DNA from: Macrostomum lignano
Lineage: Eukaryota
DNA: 64,000 nucleotides
Direction: 5' to 3'
Assembly (NCBI GenBank): GCA_002269645.1
Contig: NIVC01000707.1
Coordinates: 177,010-241,009 of the forward strand
This document shows, piece after piece, positions 46,201-57,770 of the stretch; positions within the stretch are counted from its first letter, which is position 1; the number at the start of each line of letters is the position of its first letter. Position numbers and translations under genes: made by a program. A model generated the notes under the pieces. That model had not been told where the DNA came from, did no database searches, and saw nothing but the letters and a program-made list of their open reading frames with translations.

Positions 46201-49165
46201 TATTATTAGAAGACCACTGAAAAGCGAGAATTGCCTCAGGGCAATAATCTTATAAATTGTAGTTGCCTCAGGGCAGGATAAATTGCCTCAGTGCAAGGAA
46301 ATTGCTAAGGCTGTGACCCTCTGATCCAGAGAACGCCCAGGACTGAGAGAAAATGTAGGAGTAAATGCTACTAGTAGAATTAGATAGAAAAACAGATATG
46401 CTACCAATAATAAGAGTACAAATTTTTATGCAAAGGTACATTAATTAAATAGAAGGACAACTTTGGTGGCTAACCAGTGGGATTATTTATAAGGACAGAA
46501 GCAAGCCCTATGTCAACTTTGGTGGCATTAGTAGGATTTCTAGAGAGAGCTAAAAGGCCTGTTACAAATACATGAAATATACATTTAATAAAAGACCTAA
46601 AAACTAATATTATAAAGCATCTTTGGCAATCCTTTGGTTTATATCGCATTATATTTTGCCAGTTTTGGTTTATGATCACCTTATATTTTGTTCATTGCAA
46701 TGTGAAAATAGTGTTCAAAACTGGCAAACAAAAATATACAAAGTTGAAAGTGCAATTTCTTGGATGATACTTATATATCAGCTTTGGTATACAATCATTT
46801 GAATAAATAATGTACATGTACATGTGAATTGAAGCTGGGTTAAAATTAATATTGTACATAATGCATATATACTTAGGGTAAAGATAATATTTCTAGCTTT
46901 ATTTTGTAATCATTTCAGCAAAGTGCATATATGAAAGTGATTGTAAACTTTAGGTGAAGGGGTGCTAAGGTGAGAGGGAGATTTTGATACCCTTGATCTA
47001 GAATGAGCAATAGTTTTATATGACTATTTGTTATATTTGACATGCTTTCTTATAGTTAGCTTTGGTTCACAATCATTTTATTGAGAAACATACATTTAGA
47101 TAATTTTAAACCAAAGGTGATAGCTCGTATATAAGCTATTAGCTCAAACTTGCTACTTGACATATGGGACTAGTTGATATCCTTTCTTATAGCCACTTTG
47201 GTTCACAATCACTTTAATGGGAAATATACATTTGGGTAATTATAAACCAAAGGTAAAATATAAGTTACAACAATCTTATCATCCTTTGAAATAAACAACT
47301 TGTGACAATTGTAACTTGTGATTTCTTTTCATTTGAAACCATTTCAGTTTTTATGTCTTATAACTATTTTAAATGGTAATTGTCATTGTTTAATATGATT
47401 GTAAACTGAAAGAATACTATATTTTCTATTATTGTAAAATAACAAACTTATCAAATCTTTCATTTTTTACCAAATGTGAAATGTATCTGTCATAGAAGCA
47501 ACTAGTTATCAAAATGAGTATTTGTTATTGAAATATCTATCACTAAAACAATTTGTCATTGAAATGACTTATACTTATGTTATATACAAATACATAATCC
47601 TAATACTAGGGCCTAGTCTTATCTTTTAAGTCTTACTATACTTTTTTCTTTACAATATATGAGGTAGGGCGCATAGTAATTACTCGTTTCTGTCTATATT
47701 TCTTAGAAGAGCCAATTTCAAATTCGCGCTAAAACTTTGTTTTAATTTGGTGAGTTGCAAAAATATTTTCGCGATTAATATTTGTTATAAACTGTAATGA
47801 TTTCTACTATAAATAGAAGCTCTGAGTGGGCCAGGAGGACTAACTCGGACAACGCGCCCAGCTCATTCAACTTGTTCGTTCGTGTGCTTAACAAAAAGCT
47901 AAAACTGACGAGAAGAATCGAAAATTGACTTGTTCATTTCTTAGAGTATAAGAACCCCAATTGGGAGAGTCAGAAATCCGCTAAAAGCGAGAAACGCCTC
48001 AGGGCCGAAGAATCGCTTCAGAGCAGGAATATTCGCCTCAGGGCAGAAGAATCGCTTCAGAGCAGGAATAAACGCCTCAGGGCAGGGATTTCGCTTTAGA
48101 GCTGTGACCCTCTGATCCCGGGAATGCCAGGACTGAGAGAATAATATTTTTAGGGAAGTATAGGAATAGAATAGACAGTGCCGATAGACCGCTCAGGCCA
48201 GAAGGTACAATAACAGTACATACGCTACCAATAACAGTACATACGCTACCAATAGAAGTACAGACGCTACCAATAGAAGTACATACGCTACGAGTAAAGG
48301 GCAAGTAATAACCAGCAATATTAACAAGAAGGAATAAATAAGAGCCCTGGGACAGCTTTTGGTGGCATTGTGAGATTATTAATAGAGGCAGAAGTAACCC
48401 CTAGGACAACTTTGGTGACTTAGCGATAAGATTTTGTATCGTACGGGAACACCCCTACGTCATATAGAATTAGTAAATATTGTCTAAAATAAAAAATAAA
48501 ATAGTAGTTAATGAAGAGCCAAAATTGAATATGAGAATAGATCAGGGTTTTTTGTGCGCAGAGTGTGTGTATGCACCCTAAATTTTAAAATCGTACCCTG
48601 AAATGAAAAAAGTAGGTGCAGTTTAGGTGCGGTCTTATAACCATTTTTTTAAAGGCTTAACCATGCTTAAGCTATTTTTCATGCACTGCCTTAAAATATG
48701 AAACAAAATAGGCCTAACTCTTTAAATCCTATTAAAACATATAGGCGATATAGCCTATGCCATGGCTATAGCCTTATGTAAGATATTAAAATATACATTC
48801 CCAGTTGTCTGAAACAAGACTCAAGAGAAATTGCACTCTGAGCCTTAAAATCGCACCTTGGAATTTGGCACAAGGTGCGATTTTGCACCTTGTCTCTGGC
48901 GTAAAAAAACCCAGGAATAGATAATATATTTTATATAAATAGAGCATTTATTTTGCCTTACCTTACTATCTTCATCATGGATGACATACATATAATTGTC
49001 ACTCCATGCATTAAAGTGTTGGATAATCATCTTGGCTCCTTTTAAAGAACTTGTTTGAAAGTTTCTATATTGACAATGATGGCCAGAAGATTCAAGGTGT
49101 ATCAATTTACTAAATCTCAGGATACTTGAAACAGATACCTGATAAATTCTTCCAGCAACAAACAT
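43236..49165 (-). CDS. HAGH: Hydroxyacylglutathione hydrolase (glyoxalase II); exons 49165-48962 and 43946-43236; ~304 aa with presequence, ~259 aa from ATG 49030
   Basis: DNYMYVIHDEDSK|ESAVVDPVEP, THSHADH metallo-beta-lactamase motif, FTGDTLFIAGCGRFFEG, YCGHEYT, STIGEE..NPFMR. Confidence 0.93.
43998..44111 (+). mobile_element. tRNA-derived SINE (5' part)
   Basis: A-box-like AGCCTAGTGGCTAG, B-box-like GGTTTGATTCTC, followed by TGTGTCCTTAGACAAGACACT, a motif typical of SINE2 central regions. Confidence 0.6.
46040..46560 (+). mobile_element. LTR/pseudo-LTR-like repeat, copy A (ribozyme core deleted)
   Basis: Shares TATAAATAG..GGGCCAGGAG, TTCTTAGAGTATA, AAAAGCGAGAA, GCCTCAGGGC and CTGTGACCCTCTGATCC..CAGGACTGAGAGA in the same order with 47808-48470. 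Confidence 0.6.
47808..48470 (+). mobile_element. LTR/pseudo-LTR-like repeat, copy B (Penelope/retrozyme-like)
   Basis: Collinear with copy A; contains a hammerhead core. Confidence 0.6.
47886..47952 (+). ncRNA. Type I hammerhead ribozyme motif
   Basis: CTGACGA-GA(AGAA)TC-GAAA-ATTGA(CTTGT)TCATT-TC^ : full core, G10.1-C11.1 pair, 2-bp stem II, stem III with one mismatch, UUC triplet; stem I is weak. Confidence 0.6.
48543..48914. mobile_element. hAT-type MITE, 47 nt from the HAGH exon 1 donor
   Basis: Termini CAGGGTTTTTT / AAAAAAACCCAG, perfect 8-bp TSD GAATAGAT. Confidence 0.8.
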
Positions 49166-52100
49166 CAAATAGAAAGAACAATAATAAGATAGCTAAGTAG
49201 TGGAACTAGTGGCTATATTCAGTTATTTATAATCATAAGAGTAACAGATTTTTCTAATTTCGTGAATCGAATAGGCCTGGGCCTATGGTTATTTTTTAAG
49301 GTGGTGGATAATTAACTAGTTCAGATATAAACAGTATTAAAATAATTCAAAAAAGCAAAAATTAGATATGAAACGTGCAGTGTCTAATGAGTACAGTCTA
49401 ATGAGAACGGAACCGAGGAACTGAAAATCCGGTCATCATGTGGTGCATGCATTTTAAACGATGTGGGTCGTTCTCAAATTCTGGGAGGAGCGAAAATTTT
49501 AACAATTTTCGGAACATTTACTATTGTTACTGCCGTATTGAAAATAATAGGACACTTTCATCTGTGAATAAAGATAATTTTTGGGTTGAAATTTATGTTG
49601 CAAAAGTGTTTTAAGTTGTCTTGCGGTATTAGGCGATATTAGGTGATGAAAAAATTCAAATTCAATCACTTCACCGATGTCCTAATTTTTGACACTATGA
49701 TGTCTGTAGCTAAAAAAAGTTGTTGTTGTGTTGAAAACTTGCTATATTACATTTAAAATGAAAGCTTATATAAATTTAATTTAAGATTTTTTTAAAGCTT
49801 AATAAACTGCACTATAAATGATTTTATAGACGCTTAACTGTGCGCCTAGCATTTCCGGTGGGATAGCCTCTTTGCGTCTCACAAAATGTATTTTTCAGCT
49901 GACGTCTAGAATGTGCGCTTAAAATGATACATTTTGATGCAGATAATTAGAAAAACATGTCTTATTATCTTTTTGTAAAAAATTGTTATGAAATAGAGCA
50001 CTATTGTTGATAAAAATAATTAAAAGCAACCATGCATCGCAATAAACTCCTACTTTGAAGCACAAAATACATATCCTGTAACCACACTAGCATTCTCCAT
50101 GGAGCACCTTTTGAGCTGAAATTTTACACAGATATCCAGTAAAGTAAACTGAGCAAATGATTTTTTTTGTTTTTGAAAATACTTCAATTTGGCTATGTAT
50201 CAGTTAGTTCATTGGACATATTTATTATATTTTTATTAGAATCCTTGTAACCAAGCTACAGAGAAACATGTGCAAAACTGGACCTTGAAATTTGACCTGA
50301 ATGATCAGCAAATGTGTATCTCGAAATGATTTTTTTTGTTTTCATCAAGTCATTCTATGCTAATTTTTTCTGAAGGGAAAGATACCATGTATTTAGAGTC
50401 AATAGGGGAAGCATTTAGACTTATTCAATAGTCATTAAAATTGCAAATATATATTATAATATAGTAATAATATTATACATGTATTATATAGTAATATTAA
50501 CTTCTAAGATGCCCTTATAAATTTAAGTAAAGACAACAGGCCTTAATTAATTAATCAGCATTTTGAAGAAACTGACCTTATACAGATGGGCCCCAAGCTA
50601 AGAAATGAATGTAGAGCTTATTTCGTGTAAGGTATAAAAATCAATTTATTATAATATTAAATACTCCTAATAAATTGGTTAAATTAGTTATTTACCTTGA
50701 ATTAATTTAATTTAATAATTAAATATATAAATTTGTTTCACTTCTTACTGCATTTAAATAGAGTACCTCTCTACTATACTATAGAAGTATAGTAAAAGTA
50801 TATGGTAAAAAAGTATAGTAAAAAATTTTCTTTGGTTTAATCCCAGCTTGCCTCAGTTTTTTAGTCTTAATACGAGCTAGATAGTAAGTGTTGATTAATT
50901 TGCTCCATCACCTTTTGCCACGGAAACAGCACATGTCGGACATGCAACACTCTTCCTGATCCCTGGATTCAAGATGACTGCTTCTGCTTCTTCAATGCTT
51001 GAAAACTGAGCTCATGGAGCTTTAGGTTATGCTGTCAGAGTGCTGCTGCCGGTGCTGTGTGTGTATGTGTGTGTCTTCTGCGGGTAGGTTCCCTGTCCCT
51101 CAGTTTAGCCACTGTTGTGGGCTAACTGGAGGAATTGCCGTTGTCGGTGCTGCAGGTGGCACTGCATGGTAGTATTGACGCTGTCAGTGACGCTGGCAAA
51201 GGCTTGGACGAAGCTAGGTGCCGTCATTGTCAGGAGGACATGCGTGTGCTGCTTAGACCAGTGCGCACATTCGACTGGACTCGTATCTGGTGCAGTCTGG
51301 TGTATTCACTGAGATTGTGTGGATCTGCCTCCTCGCATCACCTCAACCAGGCTCAATTTCTTTTGTAGAATTTTCGTGCGCTGCTTAACTGCATCTTGTG
51401 CCTGCTGAGTGATGCCAAGAATTGTGCCACACAATAATTTGGCCCATAAACTACTCGTATATTATACATATGTATGCACAGCACACACACACGCTGCGCG
51501 CACTCGTGCATAGACCATTTAAGCACGCAAAATCGATGTATGAATCCTACATTAAACGTACTAGTTAATGGAATTCTCATCTCATGAGCTCTAGTCTATG
51601 GACAAACCTGAAATTACTAGAATATCTAGACAGATCTAAACTTCTTTGAGCAGCGCGCTGCGCTGCGAGCAAATACATGTAGATTCCTTAGCGCAACTAA
51701 TTAATAGTGTAGTACAGTCTACAGCCTGAAGTAGCCTGTGTAAGATGCGGAGGGATGATTTTTGCATAGGAAGCCACTACGGTAAGGTTGATGGAACTAT
51801 GGGGAGGTGAGAGATTCAAAGCGAGGGACGGAAGCCATGCATAGTTCGATCATAAGTTTGATTATTGCATGAGTCTGGGGATGCATTAACGAGAGGCAGA
51901 CGAGAGCATAGAAATAAAGCGGGCTAAATATATTAATACACAAAATTACATGTACTAGCTAGTAATTTCAGAATGGTCAGCGACTCCTCCGATTTGTATC
52001 CGCGACCGCGTGCCCACAAATCCCCCGGCAGACCCTGTCGCAGTTGGTGGTTGTGCACAGAATACAATGTTAATTTTCGAGCTTCTCTGCAAAAAATGCG

Positions 52101-55100
52101 TGATGCACTCAAGATGTGTGCTATAGTCTACTTCTTTGATTGATGGCTGGGTTTTGCCTTTTCGCTTGTGATCATCAAAAGCTTGGGCGTCATTGCTACT
52201 GGTGTTTCAGTGTGCGCATTATGTCTGGTTATCATATTATGTGCATGTGCAGTGTCTATTACCTACATTTTTGTTTGTCTCTGTTTCCTGCATGCTCTTT
52301 CGCATTTTTACACCTCGCACATCCTCATTTTTCTCAATTAACAAGTGAAATCTTTTCTTAAAGACTAATTGCTATTTTAGTTAAGCTAGTAGGTTTTTGG
52401 TATTTAAATAATTCAATTTTGTCTATTTTCCAAAAAGTTTCAAAAAATGAATTAATTAAAATAAATTTGAATTATTTTAGGTTAATTGGAGTAAAATGTC
52501 TAATAAGTAACTATGATTTTTTATTTTAAGTACATGTAGCTTTGGTATAAGTATTAATGTAATGAGTACTTAAAGTAAAATCAAGCAAGTTATAGTTTTC
52601 AGAAATTATGCTACAAATAATCAAATATATACTAGTATCTGAATTCCTTTATTAAGGAACATGCAGTCGATATTAAATCCACAATGTGCTTTTTGGTGTT
52701 CAAGGATAGTTCCCTGACTTTTTCTATTATTAGTTAGATTTTATTATATTTAATGTAAAAATGAACAATTCTATTCAAGGTAAAAATGAACATTCTTTAT
52801 TTGTCGAATCATCTTGCCTTTGAAAAGATACATAGTGAAAACTTGATTTTTAATTCAACCTTTCAAGACTTATTTAGACTTCTCAATTCAGTGATTAGTT
52901 AAACTGATCGAAGTTCTTTCGAGTGCATGCTATAATAATTTCGCACTTTTTCGCACACGATAATTTTAAATGTCTGGGATTTGGAGCAGAGTAACAAAAT
53001 GCTGTGCTCAAAAACATTTCCTTTGTCAATTTCTTGTTCTTTTATTTTTGCAAAAGAAATTTAACTGCATATTTAAAATAAAAATGGAAGAAAATTTTAT
53101 TTTCTCTTTAATATTTTTGTCGTTTATTTTCCGCAACAAAGAATAACAAATAGCCTTGATTTCTTCTCAATTTCAAGTTTTCTTGTGGTTTTAGTAGCAG
53201 CTTCTTACAGAAATTGTCAAAAGAATTTTTTTTGTACGATTATTGGTCGATGTATAAACTTTTTTTTCAATAACAAAAAGTTGTGACCTAGCTTTGAGAA
53301 CGACCCATGTGTTGTTTCGTGAATTCAAAAGTCTGCAAATTTAATAGTAAAACACAATTCCTTAGACTAAGGCCCTAGATATTATTTAAATAAAGAAATA
53401 TATATTTCTATGCATTTTATCATTCTTTTTCTTTATGAAAAAAATCAGTTAGGAGTGAGAAGATTTAAAAAACCAGATTGCCGGATTGGGCTGACTAAAC
53501 AATCATTTGGCCATACAGATACCAAGGACGACTTAGGACGGGAAACCTCGTTTCTTAAAAAAATGTAGAAGGCAGGTTTTTTTTCGAAAAAATGCACTAC
53601 GGAGATAGGAAGTTTTCATTTTTTCAGCACAATTTTTTTTTGTTTTTTTATAGGAGGCAGAATCCAGTGTTCATATTTGATACGTTTTGTGCCTTTCTTA
53701 TTGCTCAATCGATATTCAAAAGCTTTTCGTTCAGAAAATTAGGATTCTATGTTAATTTTTTTTTCTAAGTACATTTCCTGTACCTAAAAGTAATAAAAAT
53801 GCATCTCACAGCTCCAAATCAGTGGTTTCATGAATCCATTTTATAATTTGTGCTAGTACGCATATTTAATTGTTACACAGTCAGCTAAGAATGATAAAAT
53901 AGACTCATAAAACCATAAGAGCCGAGCTGCGCTATTTTAATGTTTTTTAGGCACAAGACATGCGCAAATGTACGTACGTGATTGATGATTATTGAATGAT
54001 TATATTGAACTGATGATTATATAATCCACAGAGCTTCTATAGATTTTTTAGATTTAGTATACTGCCCTGCTGCAAGAGCCTCATTCTGCTTTTATAGACT
54101 GCCTTTTTAGCTCCATAATTTGTTGTGCTACCATAGTTTTAATTCCCTTTTTGAGTGTTGTACTTTACAATTTTATTTTTTAAAGTTAACTTATGGATTT
54201 CTATAAGAGCGTGGGCCTTCTCTCCCTTTCCGATGCCACTTCAATTCCTAGTTAAGCAAAAGAAATTCCGTAATCCACTGAAAGAGCGTGGGAAGTTTTT
54301 ATATAGGCCATGATGCTGCATGGGAGCCGTTTAGTTGCTTGCTGCATCTAGGCTGATGGAAAGTGCAGTCCAAAAGGTAGGCAAACAATTGAGACTCTGT
54401 CCCCCCGGGGAGGATGAAGGAAAATTCTCTCTTTTAACACCAGTCCTGAGGCAAGTCCTTAAACTGGGCCCATATCCGCCCCATTTTGTTCAAACTCTCG
54501 CCCCAGTCGCAACCATTTTATGGCAATTGAATCCCTCACGTTGCAACCAGCCGTCGGACACTATCATTAGCAGGTAAAAGAGCAATGCTCAACTGTACTC
54601 AACAGCCTGCAGAGAGAAGAAACTTGCTCAATTATTTTACACTGGTTCAGCGCGCTCTTAAGTCCTTATTAGCGAAAATCTTTCTTAACCATCGCTAACC
54701 GTGCACTCTACTGTAGCTCTCTGATGCCCTGCGCTCTGTCAGGCCCTAAACTAATCTGCTCCGCTACAGCCTCCCAGCTGGAGCTTTCCTTCCTCCACCG
54801 CCTCATTGTTCTTGGCCAACTGTGGAAGACAGAGGAGAGAAGATCGGCTAGCAGCAAGCGCTTTAAAACTGAATTAGAAGTCTTACTTTGTGCACCTGAT
54901 GCAAGGGCCAGTCTTGAGAATAACTTCTTCTCCAGTCCATTTCTCTCACCGGCTCTTATTAAAACTTGCCAACCCAACCGCGTCTACTTTGCCTTGGCAA
55001 CTCTGCGTTTGTTCGTGCGGTTGGAAGTGGGGCCTGCTGTCTACTCTGAGAGTTGAGGTGCCAAAACGGGGGAGAATCAGAAACTCTACCCAGAAAGGCA

Positions 55101-55113
55101 GCCGAAAAGAGGC

Positions 55114-56606
55114 ATGAAGACAAAGTCAAACGCGAAAAACCGGTCGTACGGTCACCAGATCCCAGCTAGCAGTTCTGGAGACGCAGCCAGAGACCCCGGC
55201 CGAGTGCTCTTCAATGGCCTAACCAGTGAGAAGACCATCATTGAGGAACCATCGCCAGCAGCGGAAGCCCTGGAACGGTTATGTCCGACGTTCGTTTCCA
55301 CCGATGCGGAGGCCAGCTTCCAGGAGACCCGACGTTACCTCGACCGCATCTGTCAGGAGATGTACTACAAGCTGCACGTTAATAACTATAGAATCAATTA
55401 CGAGACACCTGTGGTGGCGTCCACCCCGAGGATCTGGTTTGGGGTGAGGACGAGCGCCTCGAAATCCTACTGCCACTCCGCCTGCCCCAGGGCTATCCGC
55501 TGCGAATCCAACCGGAAGGCGGCCCGGGCCTAATTGGGATAAAAATCCCAGCAGCCAGACAGAAGCCGCCTACTTTCGAAAAAGATCCGCTTGACTTTCT
55601 GAAGTCGTCCAAGCGCTACGTGTCTTCATCTGTCACTCTGAAGTCCACTTGGAAGTTGGTGAACAATGCCATGCAGCAAATTTCTGCGCGTTACGAAAGC
55701 GATCTCACCGTCCAGCAGGTGGAGATAAATAGGGAAGCCGGCTCAATTGATGTCACACTGACCGTGACGTCCAGGTATCTCGACACTCAACTGGCGGCAC
55801 CGCCTCCAGGAAAGTCAGACGCCTCGGGTGCTGACGATGAGCAGGATCCTGTTTCCTTTGCCATTCATGTGGAGGACGCTGTACCTGAGGCTGAAGAAGA
55901 CACTCAAGAGGAGGAGAATGTGGAAGAAGATGAGGCTGCAGAGGATGACGCCGTGCCCGACATTCTAGAGCCTGGTATCCCGGCAACCGTGGTGTACATT
56001 TCGAATAGACGCAGGCGAGGCAAAGTCCCGGAGGTGACTACCCGTGTTCTGCACCTGAGGTTCATGCCAGTCATCAGGTATCCAAGTGATGAGCACGCGT
56101 ACCTCACGCCCCGGCCCTACTCCTTCGGCAGCAAGGGTTCGCTGGGCCAAGACTTGTGGACAGTGCAGTATTCAATGGAGGAGGCTCTGCTGATGCAGTC
56201 GTTATCACGAGCGGATCGAGGCCTCCGGCTGCGTGTGTGGAGAGGCCTGACAGAGTTCTGTCGCGAGCAGCCAGAGCTGCGATGCGTCAGCCGTGACATG
56301 TTGAAGCACGTGATGTTCCACCTGGCCGAGACGGAGATCGATCTAGTAGGCATCCGCTGGCAGCGGGCCAACCTGGCGCACTACACCAGCGACATCCTGT
56401 CCTGCGTGCGCGACCACATGCGCTCAGGCAATCTGCCGCACTTCTTCTACAAGGACGTCAACCTGCTGCAGTGCCTGCAGCTTCATCAGAGACGAAGCGC
56501 TGCGCTGAAGATCGACTTCTACGTGCGCAAAGAGACGGCGTTTGTTCGCGCCCTGAGGCGGACGGTCGCTGAACGAGAAGCCAAGCAGCTCGATGCCAAA
56601 GCTTAG
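55114..56606 (+). CDS. Mab-21/cGAS-like (cGLR) nucleotidyltransferase-fold protein, intronless, split by a 1-nt frameshift near 55424-55427
   Basis: Joined reading ..VVASTP/EDLVWGEDERLEILLPL..KRYVSS..LRFMPVI..WTVQYSMEEALL..DRGLR..MLKHVMFHLAE..W..L..NLPHFFYKDVNLL fits the Mab-21 N- and C-lobe motifs; the second frame is open from 55392. Confidence 0.78.
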
Positions 56607-57264
56607 CTGATGAACATGCAGATCTTTGCTATTTTCTCACCAGAAACTGTTGGCGCGGATCGTGCAGATCAGCAAGCTCGAATTCAATCAGAATTTGCCT
56701 TTGCACTCTTCTGTGTAGCTATTTGCCTTTGTTTCTTGCTTTGCCTTTTACTTTTTATAACTATGTTTGCTTTCATACGCGCGAATGTGTTTAATAAGAA
56801 GTCTTATAACAATTGCTTTATACCAACGTTGCAACCATAATGCTTGGACACAAATTTTATTAAAAGTCAAGGAAGGGCTCAAGATTTGATTAAGAATGAA
56901 TCAAGGAAATTCTTAATTAAGTCCTACTGCATGTTGATAATTTTTTGCCTGATTTGTTTTTCGATATCTAAATGTAAATTCACAAGGATAAGTCTTTAGC
57001 TGTGTCAAAAATTCGTGTTATAGCTAACGCAAAATCTATTTAGATGTGTTTTTATCATTTCTAGCTTAATTACTGTGCACCAGAATGTGTAGCCGAATGA
57101 TAAAATAGATTCATAAAACCAAAGTCGAGTTGTTGACATTTTTATGATTTTTAGGAGAGGTCAGAGGACATGCACGTAGAATTTAGGATTAACATAAAAT
57201 CCTAATTTTATTAACAAAGAGCTTTATGAATTTTCGTCAAAATTCAGAGCCACTCTTTCCGCCC

Positions 57265-57770
57265 CTAACCCTGTGGGGTTTTACCCTCCAGAATCCGCCC
57301 CCAACCCTGTGGGGTTTTACCCTCCAGAATCCGCCCCCAACCCTGTGGGGTTTTACCCTCCAGAATCCGCCCCCAACCCTGTGGGGTTTTACCCTCCAGA
57401 ATCCGCCCCCAACCCTGTGGGGTTTTACCCTCCAGAATCCGCCCCCAACCCTGTGGGGTTTTACCCTCCAGAATCCGCCCCAACCCTGTGGGGTTTTACC
57501 CTCCAGAATCCGCCCCCAACCCTGTGGGGTTTTACCCTCCAGAATCCGCCCCCAACCCTGTGGGGTTTTACCCTCCAGAATCCGCCCCCAACCCTGTGGG
57601 GTTTTACCCTCCAGAATCCGCCCCCAACCCTGTGGGGTTTTACCCTCCAGAATCCGCCCCAACCCTGTGGGGTTTTACCCTCCAGAATCCGCCCCCAACC
57701 CTGTGGGTTTTTACCCTCCAGAATCCGCCCCCAACCCTGTGGGTTTTTACCCTCCAGAATCCGCCCCCTC
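57265..57770. repeat. Minisatellite, ~36 bp (AACCCTGTGGGGTTTTACCCTCCAGAATCCGCCCCC)
   Basis: About 14 visible units. Confidence 0.96.

Noticed and set aside
50900-51350. GC-richer island as a decayed transposase
   Set aside because: Stops in all frames and no diagnostic motif that I could support
55392-55445. Programmed -1 ribosomal frameshift in the cGAS-like gene
   Set aside because: No in-frame X XXY YYZ heptamer or evident downstream structure
851-57770. Tandem arrays as CRISPR arrays
   Set aside because: Units are contiguous with no unique spacers, there are no cas genes, and the context is eukaryotic and intronic
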